Position numbers and translations under genes: made by a program
Virus record (IMG/VR): IMGVR_UViG_3300043788_000169
Location: 1 to 64,000 of that record
Origin: a virus
Length of the DNA stretch: 64,000 bases
Direction: 5' to 3' (one strand)
Notes under the pieces: generated by a model
The model's database searches: none
Seen by the model: the letters and a program-made list of their open reading frames with translations, nothing else
Told to the model about the DNA's origin: nothing
Shown here: in pieces, positions 9,038 to 17,662 of the stretch
Numbering within the stretch: the stretch's first letter is position 1
Layout: each line of letters begins with the position of its first letter

Positions 9038-10197
9038 TCGGTGACGACCTGGAATCCCTGGCCCTGCGCTACCGCCCGCGGCGGTTCGCTGACGTGGCTG
9101 GCCAGCTTGCTTCGGTGGCGATTCTCTACCAGATGAGCATCCGCAGGAAGATCCCGGCAGCCTCGGTCCTCTACGGCAACCGGGGCTCGGGCAAGACCAC
9201 CACGGCCCGGATCATCGCGGCCGCTCTCAACTGCAAGGCAGGCCCCGGCCAGCCGGACGCCTACCCGTGCCTGGACTGCCCGTCCTGCCGGGCGGTGTGG
9301 AACAACACCAGCCTGGACTACATGGAGATCGACGCCGCGAGCAACGGCTCGGCCGAGAAGGTGCGCACGCTTCGTGAGGAGCTGGCCTACTCCAGCTCGA
9401 CCGGGCAGCGGGTCGTGGTCCTGGACGAGGCGCACTCGATGTCTGTGGTGGCGTTCAATGCCATCCTCAAGCTGCTGGAAGAGCCGCCGCCGGGCGTCTT
9501 GTTCATCCTGTGCACCACTGAGCTGGCCAAGATCCTGCCCACGGTGCGCAGCCGGTGTGTCTCGTTCCGGTTCGCGCGGCTGGGGATCGACGTCATCGCC
9601 GCCCGGCTGGCCTGGATCTGCCAGCAGGAGGGAATCTCAGCCGATCCAGCGCTGCTGGCCGCCATTGCTGAGCAGGCCGACGGCGCCATGCGTGACGCGG
9701 TCATGATGCTGGACCAGCTGCAGAGCGTGGGGATCTGCGATCTCGCCCATTTCCAGGCCATGACCGGGTGGGCTGACTACGCCCCTGGGCTCATCGCCGC
9801 CATGCTGGCCGGGGATGACGCCTCGATGTTCACCCAGCTCGACACGGTGCTCCAGCAGAACGGCGACTACGCCGAGGTGAGCACCAAGCTGGTGAGCTGC
9901 CTGCGCGATCTTCTGGTGCTGCTTGGTGGAGGCCAGATCACCGCCCAGGGAGCTGCCCTGGAGGCACGCACCTCACTGGCCAGCCGGCTGGACGCCCCGC
10001 GTGTTGCTCGCGCCATGCGTGTGATGTGGGAGCTGAAGACCAGGGTGGCTAGAACCGAGCCCAAGGCCATGCTGGAGCTGGCGTGTGCCGTGCTGGCCAG
10101 CGAGCTGCGGCCGCCGCGGGCCGGCGGCTCCATGACTGAAGTGCCGCAGACGCTGACGCTCGCCCAGATGGGGAACGGGCACCGCATTTCTGCTTGA
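9034..10197 (+). CDS. dnaX: DNA polymerase III gamma/tau clamp-loader subunit
   Basis: RYRPRRFADVAGQ, GSGKTTTAR, PCLDCPSC, EIDAASN, LDEAH, LEEPP, SRC. Confidence 0.93.
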   Translation: MIGDDLESLALRYRPRRFADVAGQLASVAILYQMSIRRKIPAASVLYGNRGSGKTTTARIIAAALNCKAGPGQPDAYPCLDCPSCRAVWNNTSLDYMEIDAASNGSAEKVRTLREELAYSSSTGQRVVVLDEAHSMSVVAFNAILKLLEEPPPGVLFILCTTELAKILPTVRSRCVSFRFARLGIDVIAARLAWICQQEGISADPALLAAIAEQADGAMRDAVMMLDQLQSVGICDLAHFQAMTGWADYAPGLIAAMLAGDDASMFTQLDTVLQQNGDYAEVSTKLVSCLRDLLVLLGGGQITAQGAALEARTSLASRLDAPRVARAMRVMWELKTRVARTEPKAMLELACAVLASELRPPRAGGSMTEVPQTLTLAQMGNGHRISA

Positions 10198-10233
10198 GGC
10201 TGCCGCCGGTCCCCGGGTGGCGATAGCTCGTGC

Positions 10234-11190
10234 ATGAGAATCCTGGTGACCGGCGGGGCCGGCTTTATCGGGTCGGCGCTGGTGCGCCGGCTGGCAGCGG
10301 ATGACCATGAAGTCGTCGTGCTGGACGACTGCTCCCGGGGGCAGTTTGAGCGCCTGACCGGAGTGCCCTGCCACCGGATCCCTGGGGATGTCCGGGACGA
10401 GGACGCGGTCCTGGAGGGCATGCAGGGCTGCGATGCTGTGATTCACGCCGCGTATCTGCAAGGCACCCAGACGTTCTACGCCGAGCCCCGTGCGGTGCTC
10501 GATGTCGCGCTGCGCGGGATCCTGAATGTCCTGTCGGCCTGCGAGAAGCGCGGGACGCCTGACCTGCTGCTCATCTCCAGCTCCGAGGCATATCAGGTTG
10601 CGCCCACAGTGCCGACGCCGGAGGAGATCCCGCTCGTCGTCCCCGATGTGCAGAATCCGCGGTACAGCTACGGCGGCGGGAAGATCTCCTCCGAGCTGTG
10701 CGCTCTCGCCTGGCATCACGCCGGAGTGCTCGACCGCGCCATCATCGCCCGGCCGCACAACGTCATCGGGCCGGACATGGGCCGCGAGCACGTGATCCCG
10801 GAGTTCGCCATCCGGATGGGCAAGCTCGTGCGTGAGCACCACCGCGGGGTCATCCCGTTCCCGATCCAGGGCACGGGCGGGGAGACACGCAGCTTCTGCT
10901 ACATAGATGACTGCGTGGAGCAGCTGTACCGGCTGCTCATGCGTGCGCCGGAGGGCCCGAGCGTCTGGCACGTCGGGAACATGGACGAGCGTACGATAGC
11001 CGACGTCGCTTACGCGGTGGCTGCCTGTTACGGCCGGGAGATCAAGGTCGTGCCGGGCAAGCTGCCCAAGGGCTCGCCTCCGCGGCGCCTGCCGGACACC
11101 GCCAAGATCGAGGCTCTCGGGTGCAAGGCCGTGGTCCCGTTTGATGAGGCTGTGCGCCGGACGGTCGCCTGGTACCAGCACAATGGGTGA
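10234..11190 (+). CDS. NAD-dependent sugar epimerase/dehydratase (extended SDR)
   Basis: VTGGAGFIGS, SSSEAY, YGGGK, TRSFCYIDD. Confidence 0.92.
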   Translation: MRILVTGGAGFIGSALVRRLAADDHEVVVLDDCSRGQFERLTGVPCHRIPGDVRDEDAVLEGMQGCDAVIHAAYLQGTQTFYAEPRAVLDVALRGILNVLSACEKRGTPDLLLISSSEAYQVAPTVPTPEEIPLVVPDVQNPRYSYGGGKISSELCALAWHHAGVLDRAIIARPHNVIGPDMGREHVIPEFAIRMGKLVREHHRGVIPFPIQGTGGETRSFCYIDDCVEQLYRLLMRAPEGPSVWHVGNMDERTIADVAYAVAACYGREIKVVPGKLPKGSPPRRLPDTAKIEALGCKAVVPFDEAVRRTVAWYQHNG

Positions 11191-12313
11191 GGTCACCGAG
11201 TGCGGAATCTGCGGCAGCCCGGAGCTGGACCTCCTCCTGGACATGGGGCTGCAGCCGCTGGCCGAGCGCGAGAGCCCGCTGTACCCGCTGGTCTTGCTGA
11301 AGTGCACCAACTGCACGCTGGTGCAGCTCAGTTACATCGTGGATCAGCAGGAGGTGTTCCCTCCCGATCACCCGTACGCCACCGGCAACACCCGGTTCCT
11401 GCGCGAGCACTTCGCGAGGCTGGCGGCCGAGCTGGTGGCCAAGAGGCTGAAGCACGGTGATCTGGCGATCGACATCGGCGCGAACGACGGCACCCTGCTG
11501 GCGGAGATCGGGCTGGCGGCGCCAGGCGTGCGGCTGGCCGCGGTCGAGCCCACTAACCAGGCCCGCAAGTGCCGTCAGCGCGGCATCAGCACCTACCAGA
11601 AATTCTTCACCCCGGAGGTGGCCGGCGAGATTCTGCACGCCCACGGCTGGGCCAAGGTCATCACCGCCAGCAATGTGCTGGCTCACGTCCCGGACCCGCA
11701 CGGGTTCGTGCACGGGGTCACCACGCTGCTGGACCCGGATGGCGGTGTGTTTGTCACCGAGAACCATGATTGGTCCAGCATTATCAATGGTCTGCAGGTC
11801 GACACCATCTACCACGAGCATCTGAGGTATTACTCTGTCGCAGCTCTGTCGCACCTGCTGGCTGTGCACGGCCTTGAGGTGTCCGGTGTCGAGCCGGTGC
11901 CTACGCACGGGGGATCCCTGCGGGTGACCGCCTGCAAGACCAGAGGCTCGCTCAGGAACCGCTCCAGGCAGGCCATGAGTTCGCTGCGCACCCTGGTGGC
12001 CCGGGCGGCCGCGGCGGGCCCGGTCTACGGCATCGGCGCAGCGACCCGCGCGACCCCGCTGATTCACTACGCCGGGATTGCGGACCAGCTCGCCTGTGTC
12101 TGTGAGGTCTCCACCAGTGAGAAGATAGGAACGTGCATGCCGGGCACCGCCATCCCGGTGGTGGATGAGGCCAAGCTGGTGGCTGACCAGCCGCCGCACG
12201 CTCTGCTGTTCTCCTGGCACATCGCGGACAGCCTGGTCCCCAAGCTCCGTGAGATGGGTTACCGTGGCAGGCTGATCGTTCCCCTCCCAGAGCCGAGGAT
12301 CATAGATGGCTAA
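11183..12313 (+). CDS. NDP-hexose C-methyltransferase
   Basis: N-terminal CGIC..CTNC Zn domain, DIGANDGTLL, NVLAH, DTIYHEH, THGGSL. Confidence 0.88.
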   Translation: MGEVTECGICGSPELDLLLDMGLQPLAERESPLYPLVLLKCTNCTLVQLSYIVDQQEVFPPDHPYATGNTRFLREHFARLAAELVAKRLKHGDLAIDIGANDGTLLAEIGLAAPGVRLAAVEPTNQARKCRQRGISTYQKFFTPEVAGEILHAHGWAKVITASNVLAHVPDPHGFVHGVTTLLDPDGGVFVTENHDWSSIINGLQVDTIYHEHLRYYSVAALSHLLAVHGLEVSGVEPVPTHGGSLRVTACKTRGSLRNRSRQAMSSLRTLVARAAAAGPVYGIGAATRATPLIHYAGIADQLACVCEVSTSEKIGTCMPGTAIPVVDEAKLVADQPPHALLFSWHIADSLVPKLREMGYRGRLIVPLPEPRIIDG

Positions 12314-12668
12314 GAGCTTCGAGGATGAGCGCGGCCTGATTCAGGATCTCTTCGAGGGTCCGCTCGACGCTGTGACACGGATCTTCACCGTAGCGGGGGG
12401 TGTGCGCGGGAACCACATTCACCGCGAGACTCACCAGTGGACCTACGTCTGGAGCGGGTCGATGCTCACTGTCCTGGAAGACGACGCCGGGCAGCGCCAC
12501 GAGGACACCCGTTATCCGGGAGACCTGGTTCACGAGCCGCCGGGTATGGCGCACGCCTGGAGGGCTCTGGAGGACACCTGGGTGCTGGTCTTCACCTGCG
12601 GCCCGCGCTCGGGCGAGAACTACGAGAGCGACGTCCAGCGCCTGGCACCGGAGGATCACCTGCTGTGA
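12306..12668 (+). CDS. cupin-fold sugar isomerase/epimerase
   Basis: FEDERG, VRGNHIH, PPGMAHAW. Confidence 0.75.
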   Translation: MAKSFEDERGLIQDLFEGPLDAVTRIFTVAGGVRGNHIHRETHQWTYVWSGSMLTVLEDDAGQRHEDTRYPGDLVHEPPGMAHAWRALEDTWVLVFTCGPRSGENYESDVQRLAPEDHLL

Positions 12669-13501
12669 GCGATTTCAGCGACATGTGCGTCATCGTGATG
12701 GCGTGGCGCCGTCCCTACTACCTGCGCCGGACCCTGATGTCCTGGGCCGCCGTCCCCGAGGTCAAGCAGATCGCCAAGTTCGCCATCGGCCTGGGCGAGC
12801 ATCCCCGCAAGGGGGAAAACCTGGCGGTGGTCGCTGAGGCCGAGGAAGTTATGGGGCGGTCTATCGATATCTGGCCAGACAGCCCCCAGGCGCAGGCGAG
12901 CCCGGCGATGCACCGGCCTATGGGCGAGGCAGCCAACCTTGCGTGGTCGCATCCGGAGATAGGGTGGGTGATCCTCTGCGAGGACGACAGCCCGGTATCC
13001 GACGACATCCTGCGCTACCAGCGCTGGGCCCGGGACACCTTCGAGGATGACCCGCGGGTGCTCCTGGTGTGCTCGCACAACATCCCGTGGGTGGAAAGCG
13101 GCCCTGGGGTGGTCGACGGCTACAGCCTGGCGCCTTCGGACAAGGTTCCCCACCCGCCTGATGAGGCTAATGAGGACCAGAGCGCGGTCCGGCTCAAGCA
13201 GGGGTTTGACTCGCGCAGCTGGGGCACGTGGCGTGACCGGTGGGAGCAGATCCTGGAGCCTACCTGGGACTGGGAGTGCAATTCAGGGGGCGCCAACGAC
13301 TCTGGCATCGACTGGAACATAGCTACCCGGGTGATGCCCCGGGGCGGGTATCTGTCCGCGGTGCCCGATGCTTGCCGGTGTCTCAATATTGGCCGCGACG
13401 AGGGTGTCTACATGATCGCGGCCGACAAGCCGGAAGGCTGGGTCAGCTCACAGTCTTTCCGGGAGCACCGCGGGGATGTCGAGTACAGGATCGTGAGATA
13501 A
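12665..13501 (+). CDS. GT-A fold glycosyltransferase
   Basis: AWRRPYYLRRTL, ILCEDD, WGTWRDRW. Confidence 0.75.
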   Translation: MSDFSDMCVIVMAWRRPYYLRRTLMSWAAVPEVKQIAKFAIGLGEHPRKGENLAVVAEAEEVMGRSIDIWPDSPQAQASPAMHRPMGEAANLAWSHPEIGWVILCEDDSPVSDDILRYQRWARDTFEDDPRVLLVCSHNIPWVESGPGVVDGYSLAPSDKVPHPPDEANEDQSAVRLKQGFDSRSWGTWRDRWEQILEPTWDWECNSGGANDSGIDWNIATRVMPRGGYLSAVPDACRCLNIGRDEGVYMIAADKPEGWVSSQSFREHRGDVEYRIVR

Positions 13502-14140
13502 ATGCAGATCACCTCGTGCGGGAAGCCCCTTACTATCCCGGATATGTACGCCGGGGATTACGAGCAGGAAATCGAGATCCGGGACCGGTGGTGGCGCATA
13601 GAGCCAGGTGACGTCGTCCTCGACATCGGGGCCTCCCTCGGCACCTACACCCTCCCGGCGCTGGCCCGTGGTGCGACGGTCTACGCCGTGGATGTGCTGG
13701 AGCAGAGCCCGCTGATCGCGATGGTGGAGGCTAACGGATTCGCAGACGCTGCCGTCTTCATTAAGGTGGCCATGGGTGACGCCCACGGCTACCCGCCGGA
13801 ACTCACCGCCGCGGTGCATGCGAACCCGGTCATCTACCCCGGCCTTGCCGACACCGCCTGGACCACGGTGGACCGGCTGGCGGAAGAATGTTCCCTCACC
13901 CGCCTGGACTGGATCAAGATCGATACTGAGGGCGCTGAGGTGCCGATCCTGCGGGGTGCTGGCGAGACGCTGGCCCGCTTCCACCCGACGCTGCTGATCG
14001 AGGAGCACTCTCATCTGCCGCACATCCGTGCGATGGACAACGCCAATCAGCTGCGCGGGATCCTCGGCCACCACGGCTACACCCACGAGGTGGCGGTTTA
14101 CAAAGAGCGTGAGCTGTGGTTCTGCACCTGGGCAGGATGA
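13502..14140 (+). CDS. FkbM-family methyltransferase
   Basis: VLDIGASLGTYT, IKIDTEGAE, P.LLIE. Confidence 0.88.
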   Translation: MQITSCGKPLTIPDMYAGDYEQEIEIRDRWWRIEPGDVVLDIGASLGTYTLPALARGATVYAVDVLEQSPLIAMVEANGFADAAVFIKVAMGDAHGYPPELTAAVHANPVIYPGLADTAWTTVDRLAEECSLTRLDWIKIDTEGAEVPILRGAGETLARFHPTLLIEEHSHLPHIRAMDNANQLRGILGHHGYTHEVAVYKERELWFCTWAG

Positions 14141-14141
14141 C

Positions 14142-14927
14142 GTGGCTCTGCGGTGGCACCCATTCATGTTCTATAACGAATTTGAATGGCTGGAATGCCA
14201 GCTCACTGAGACCTATGAGCGGATGCACCGCTACATCCTGATCGAGGCCACGCTGGATCATCAGGGGCATTCCAAGCCGCTGTACTACGATGAGAACAAG
14301 GACCGCTTCGCCCAGTGGTCGGACAAGATTATTCATCTCATCGTCCGGAATCTGCCCACCGCCCAGACGACGGCTAACCACTGGGAGAGAGAGCGGCCGC
14401 AGCGCGACGCGGCCATGGCTGTGCTCGAAGCACAGGCGAAGCCGGAAGACCTGGTCATCAACATGGACGTGGACGAGGTGCCGTCCCCGACTACCATGCT
14501 GTGCGAGACCAGCCAGATCCTTGGGCTGCGCGTTGCCAATCACCTGTTTGCCGTGGACTGGTTTGCTGAGCTGGGCGTCATGGGCACGCTCATCCCGGTG
14601 CACTGCCTGGACTTCTCCGGCCAGCCTTCCGAGATCGCCGGGGCGGTCCGCGGCGGTCTGTCCTGGGTTCGTGAGCACCGCCCGGACTACCCGGTGCTGG
14701 AGCACGCCGGTCACCACTTCTCCTGGGTCGGCGGGGTTGAGGAGTACCGGGTCAAGGACCAGCGCTCGCCGCACACCGAGCACAGTGCTGAGCGCATGGC
14801 CGAGGGCCAGCCTGAGCGTGCTTACTACGAAGGTGGCGGCTCCCAGGTAGCCTGTGAGGCTGATGAGACCTATCCGCGCTACATCCGGGAGCGCCGCTGC
14901 CCGCCGGGCTGGTTCCGCCCTCGCTAG
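14142..14927 (+). CDS. GT17-like N-acetylglucosaminyltransferase
   Basis: FMFYNE, IEA..H.G..KPLYY, DVDEVP, GHHFSW. Confidence 0.8.
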   Translation: MALRWHPFMFYNEFEWLECQLTETYERMHRYILIEATLDHQGHSKPLYYDENKDRFAQWSDKIIHLIVRNLPTAQTTANHWERERPQRDAAMAVLEAQAKPEDLVINMDVDEVPSPTTMLCETSQILGLRVANHLFAVDWFAELGVMGTLIPVHCLDFSGQPSEIAGAVRGGLSWVREHRPDYPVLEHAGHHFSWVGGVEEYRVKDQRSPHTEHSAERMAEGQPERAYYEGGGSQVACEADETYPRYIRERRCPPGWFRPR

Positions 14928-14936
14928 GGAGTCCTC

Positions 14937-15599
14937 TTGCTGATCGCGATGCCGGTAGACAACCGGCCCGGTGATCTCGCTCATTCGCTCGACAGCTGGA
15001 GCCGGGTGCGGCCGCCGGGCGGCGAGCCCCTGGAGTTCATCTTTGCCGTCGAGCCCGACCCCGACATCGTCCCGGAGATCATCCACCGCTATGCCAGGAC
15101 GTTCAACTGGAAGGTGGACATCTTCCAGAACGAGAACCGGCTGGGCCCAGACCTCAACCCCGCCCACGCACTGGAGCTAGCGTTCCGGCGCTCGCCCAAA
15201 GTGGTGTTCGCTGGCGACAGTGTGGTCGTGTCCACCGATGTTGCCGAGTACCTGAGCTGGGGGCTGGACTGGTTTGAGCACGATGCCCAGTGCCTGGCGG
15301 TCTGCACCTTCGAGGAGCACGGCACTTCCCTCAACACCCAGCTCGCGCGCACCGACTTCGCGTTCACCCCAGCCTGCTTCGGGATGTGGGGCAGCCGGTG
15401 GGACCGGATGCGGCACTGGGACTTCAAGGCAACTCCGGACTTCCGGTGGACTGACTACGTCCAGCAGCGCCATCTCCTGCCCACCGGCCGGTATGTGATC
15501 AAGCCCTGGCAGTCCCGCTCGCAGCCGATCCGCGGCCCGCGGTCCTCCAGCTTCGAGCAGGACGTTGAGCCTCAGCCGGCCTACAGCCTGACTGCATAA
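14937..15599 (+). CDS. GT-A-like protein with degenerate DxD, paralogous to 12665..13501
   Basis: NRP..L..SL, VFAGDSVVVSTD, FGMWGSRWD. Confidence 0.6.
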   Translation: MLIAMPVDNRPGDLAHSLDSWSRVRPPGGEPLEFIFAVEPDPDIVPEIIHRYARTFNWKVDIFQNENRLGPDLNPAHALELAFRRSPKVVFAGDSVVVSTDVAEYLSWGLDWFEHDAQCLAVCTFEEHGTSLNTQLARTDFAFTPACFGMWGSRWDRMRHWDFKATPDFRWTDYVQQRHLLPTGRYVIKPWQSRSQPIRGPRSSSFEQDVEPQPAYSLTA

Positions 15600-15628
15600 G
15601 CGCAGCTCTGCGCCGTATCAGCGTCGTG

Positions 15629-15721
15629 GCCCCCGTAGCCCAACTGGCGAGGCGCACCAGTTAAACGGTTTGCGACGCGAATGCGACGCGTTTGCGGGTT
15701 CGAGTCCCGCCGGGGGCACCA
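15629..15721 (+). tRNA. tRNA-Leu(TAA), atypical anticodon arm, long variable arm, encoded CCA
   Basis: GCCCCCG/CGGGGGC acceptor, TTCGAGT T-loop, loop GTTAAAC. Confidence 0.7.
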
Positions 15722-15754
15722 GATGAAGTTCTGCAAGATGGCCCGGAAAAATAG

Positions 15755-15783
15755 TTGACACGGGTCTACCGGCATCGTATGGT
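15755..15783 (+). promoter_or_regulatory. sigma70/HrdB-like promoter upstream of the tRNA array
   Basis: TTGACA-N17-TATGGT. Confidence 0.75.
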
Positions 15784-15789
15784 AGGTAC

Positions 15790-15888
15790 ATGATGAAGTA
15801 CAGGTACTCAGAGCAGCGAGTGCAGGATGGCAATCATGCCATCCCGTGCCCCGCCATGCTGGGGACCAGCGAGGTGGCTTCTGGGTAG
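15790..15888 (+). CDS. putative leaderless 32-aa leader peptide
   Basis: ATG 6 nt after the -10 box; MMKYRYSEQRVQ...SG*. Confidence 0.4.
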   Translation: MMKYRYSEQRVQDGNHAIPCPAMLGTSEVASG

Positions 15889-15908
15889 ACCGCAAGGAAC
15901 TCCGGAAA

Positions 15909-15950
15909 GCCGCTCGCAGGGACAGAAGCCCTCGCGGGCGGTTTGCGTTT
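15909..15950 (+). terminator. terminator/attenuator-like hairpin before the tRNA array
   Basis: GCCGCTCGC-AGGG..CCCT-CGCGGGCGGT followed by a T-rich tract. Confidence 0.5.
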
Positions 15951-15961
15951 CAACTGAACAT

Positions 15962-16034
15962 AGGGACGTAGTTCAGCGGCCAGAACGGCAGCCTCCAAAA
16001 CTGCGCGTCGGGGGTTCGACTCCTCCCGTCCCTG
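15962..16034 (+). tRNA. tRNA-Trp(CCA)
   Basis: cloverleaf, loop CTCCAAA. Confidence 0.9.
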
Positions 16035-16213
16035 CGGAGCACCACCCTGAAGGCTGGGGTGAACGTGCCAGCAGATTGATAACTCAACAGCGTGAGCATC
16101 GCCCAGGGCGCCATCCCTGGGCACAAGACTCCCCGAGCCGGGTGCACGGCAGCTCGTGGCAACGCCGCGGTTGCCGTGCCGGGCGGAAACGTCGGCCCGG
16201 CCGGGGAGCACAT

Positions 16214-16285
16214 GGGGATGAGAAGCTGAGGTAGCGACCGCGCCCTGCAAGCGTTGGTGACTCGGTTCGATTCCGAGCATCTCCA
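16214..16285 (+). tRNA. tRNA-Ala(TGC), C33
   Basis: G3.U70 and A73; loop CCTGCAA; weak D arm. Confidence 0.7.
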
Positions 16286-16370
16286 CGGCGTTTTTGGCAG
16301 CTGCCCACGTCCTGGCGCATCAGGTAACCCCTGCTCTGTCCCCAGATCAGGCTAAAAACAACTGCCACCA

Positions 16371-16444
16371 CGGGATATGGCTCAGTTTGGCAGAGCGCGC
16401 GGTCCGGGGCCGCGAGGGCGCTGGTTCAAATCCAGCTATCCCGA
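16371..16444 (+). tRNA. tRNA-Pro(CGG), C33
   Basis: stem CGCGG/CCGCG, loop TCCGGGG. Confidence 0.88.
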
Positions 16445-16585
16445 CATGGTCCGGTGAGTAGGGATGACAACCGAGGGGCCGGGCAGCAACGTGGGATCAA
16501 CATGTGAGTCGACCTTTGCCCACCCGCAAGCGGGAACCTGCGGAGTTAGTCACCGCAGCAGCCTGGGAAGCGGTCGGTCGGACAA

Positions 16586-16657
16586 CGGGATGTCGCGTAA
16601 GGGTTAGCGCGCCTGCTTTGGGAGCAGGCAGTCAAGGTTCGAGTCCTTGTATCCCGA
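16586..16657 (+). tRNA. tRNA-Pro(TGG)
   Basis: loop TTTGGGA. Confidence 0.9.
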
Positions 16658-16659
16658 CC

Positions 16660-16792
16660 GGGGGAGATGCGGGTTCGAGTCCCGTCCTGTCCGTGAAAAC
16701 TCTCCGCGGCGGCCGATCTGCAGGCGGCTGGCCGGCCAGGGCCCTGGTCAGGAGAGGGACAGGTAGTCCAACTGGCAGGACGCCTCCTCTAG
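16660..16792 (+). ncRNA. circularly permuted tRNA-like gene (3' half 16660-16693, 5' half 16757-16792)
   Basis: CCTGTCC pairs with GGACAGG; T arm precedes D arm; GGGGG pairs with CCTCC. Confidence 0.7.
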
Positions 16793-16915
16793 TTCTGGTG
16801 CGGCTTACCACGGCTCGGCTGGGGTTCGGGAGAAGAACGTCCGGGAGGTCGAGCACAATACGCGGGCTCAGTCCCGCGCAAACGGCGGCCGGAAGCTGTG
16901 GGAGCACCAGCACAT

Positions 16916-16988
16916 GGGTCTGTAGCTCAGATGGGAGAGCAGCCGTCCGAAAAGCGGCAGGTCGAGGATTCGATCGCCTCCGGGCCCA
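16916..16988 (+). tRNA. tRNA-Phe(GAA), C33
   Basis: loop CCGAAAA. Confidence 0.88.
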
Positions 16989-17157
16989 CGATGGCATGAC
17001 GGTCAGGCCGTAGTCAGCCGGTAGGCCGACGAGCACGAGTCGACATGCTCTGTAAAGCTCCGCTGTGGCCACAGCGGAGTCTCATGTCAGCCCGGCCACT
17101 GTGCTGGGCGCGCTAGTTGCGGGTACCTCCTGCGTCAGTGGAGCGAACCTCCAATCT

Positions 17158-17229
17158 GGGGACGTGACCGAACGGCACAGGTGCCAGGCTTCCACCCTGG
17201 TCACGCGGGTTCGACTCCCGCCGTCCTCT
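17158..17229 (+). tRNA. tRNA-Gly(TCC)
   Basis: loop CTTCCAC, U73. Confidence 0.88.
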
Positions 17230-17334
17230 CGGTGACGAGCAGGGTGCCATTCCCTGTGATCGCGCAAGTGGCTGGCAGGCCGCGGCCGGGCAGGCTCTGG
17301 GAGACTGCCATCTTGCAGAGGTGCCCGGTTTTAT

Positions 17335-17407
17335 GCGCTGCGAGCATGTCTGGCTATGCACCGGACTCTTAATCCGGGGAACACGGGTTCGATCCCCTGG
17401 CGGCGCA
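17335..17407 (+). tRNA. tRNA-Lys(CTT)
   Basis: loop CTCTTAA. Confidence 0.88.
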
Positions 17408-17408
17408 C

Positions 17409-17484
17409 GGGCGAGTACGTCCAACAGGCAGAGCGGCCGGCCTCAAAATCCGCGCGGTTGCGGGTTCGATTCCCGCCTCGCCTA
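17409..17484 (+). tRNA. tRNA-Leu(CAA), short variable arm
   Basis: loop CTCAAAA. Confidence 0.8.
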
Positions 17485-17489
17485 CACGA

Positions 17490-17563
17490 TGGAGCATGGT
17501 GGTAATTCGGTATCCCACTGGGCCCTGAACCCAGGGATCCAGGTTCGAGTCCTGGTGCTCCAG
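17490..17563 (+). tRNA. tRNA-Gln(CTG), C33
   Basis: U1-A72, loop CCCTGAA. Confidence 0.88.
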
Positions 17564-17662
17564 CTAGTCCCGGCCCGGCTTTCCCTGAATCGACAGGCGA
17601 CCCCGAAGCGCGACGGCGCATAAGGGGACGGGCGCGACGGTGCAGCCCGGCCGGGACTTCAC

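Noticed and set aside
16214-16285. tmRNA-like ends (GGGGATG..CATCTCCA) or tRNA-Cys reading
   Set aside because: Only 72 nt with no tag ORF; loop centre TGC plus G3.U70 indicates tRNA-Ala.
17096-17155. HDV-like/theta ribozyme (CCACTG/CAGTGG, AC-CTCCTGC-GT, GCGAA)
   Set aside because: No G at the predicted cleavage site, no P4, and not adjacent to a tRNA 3' end; unsupported without an assay.
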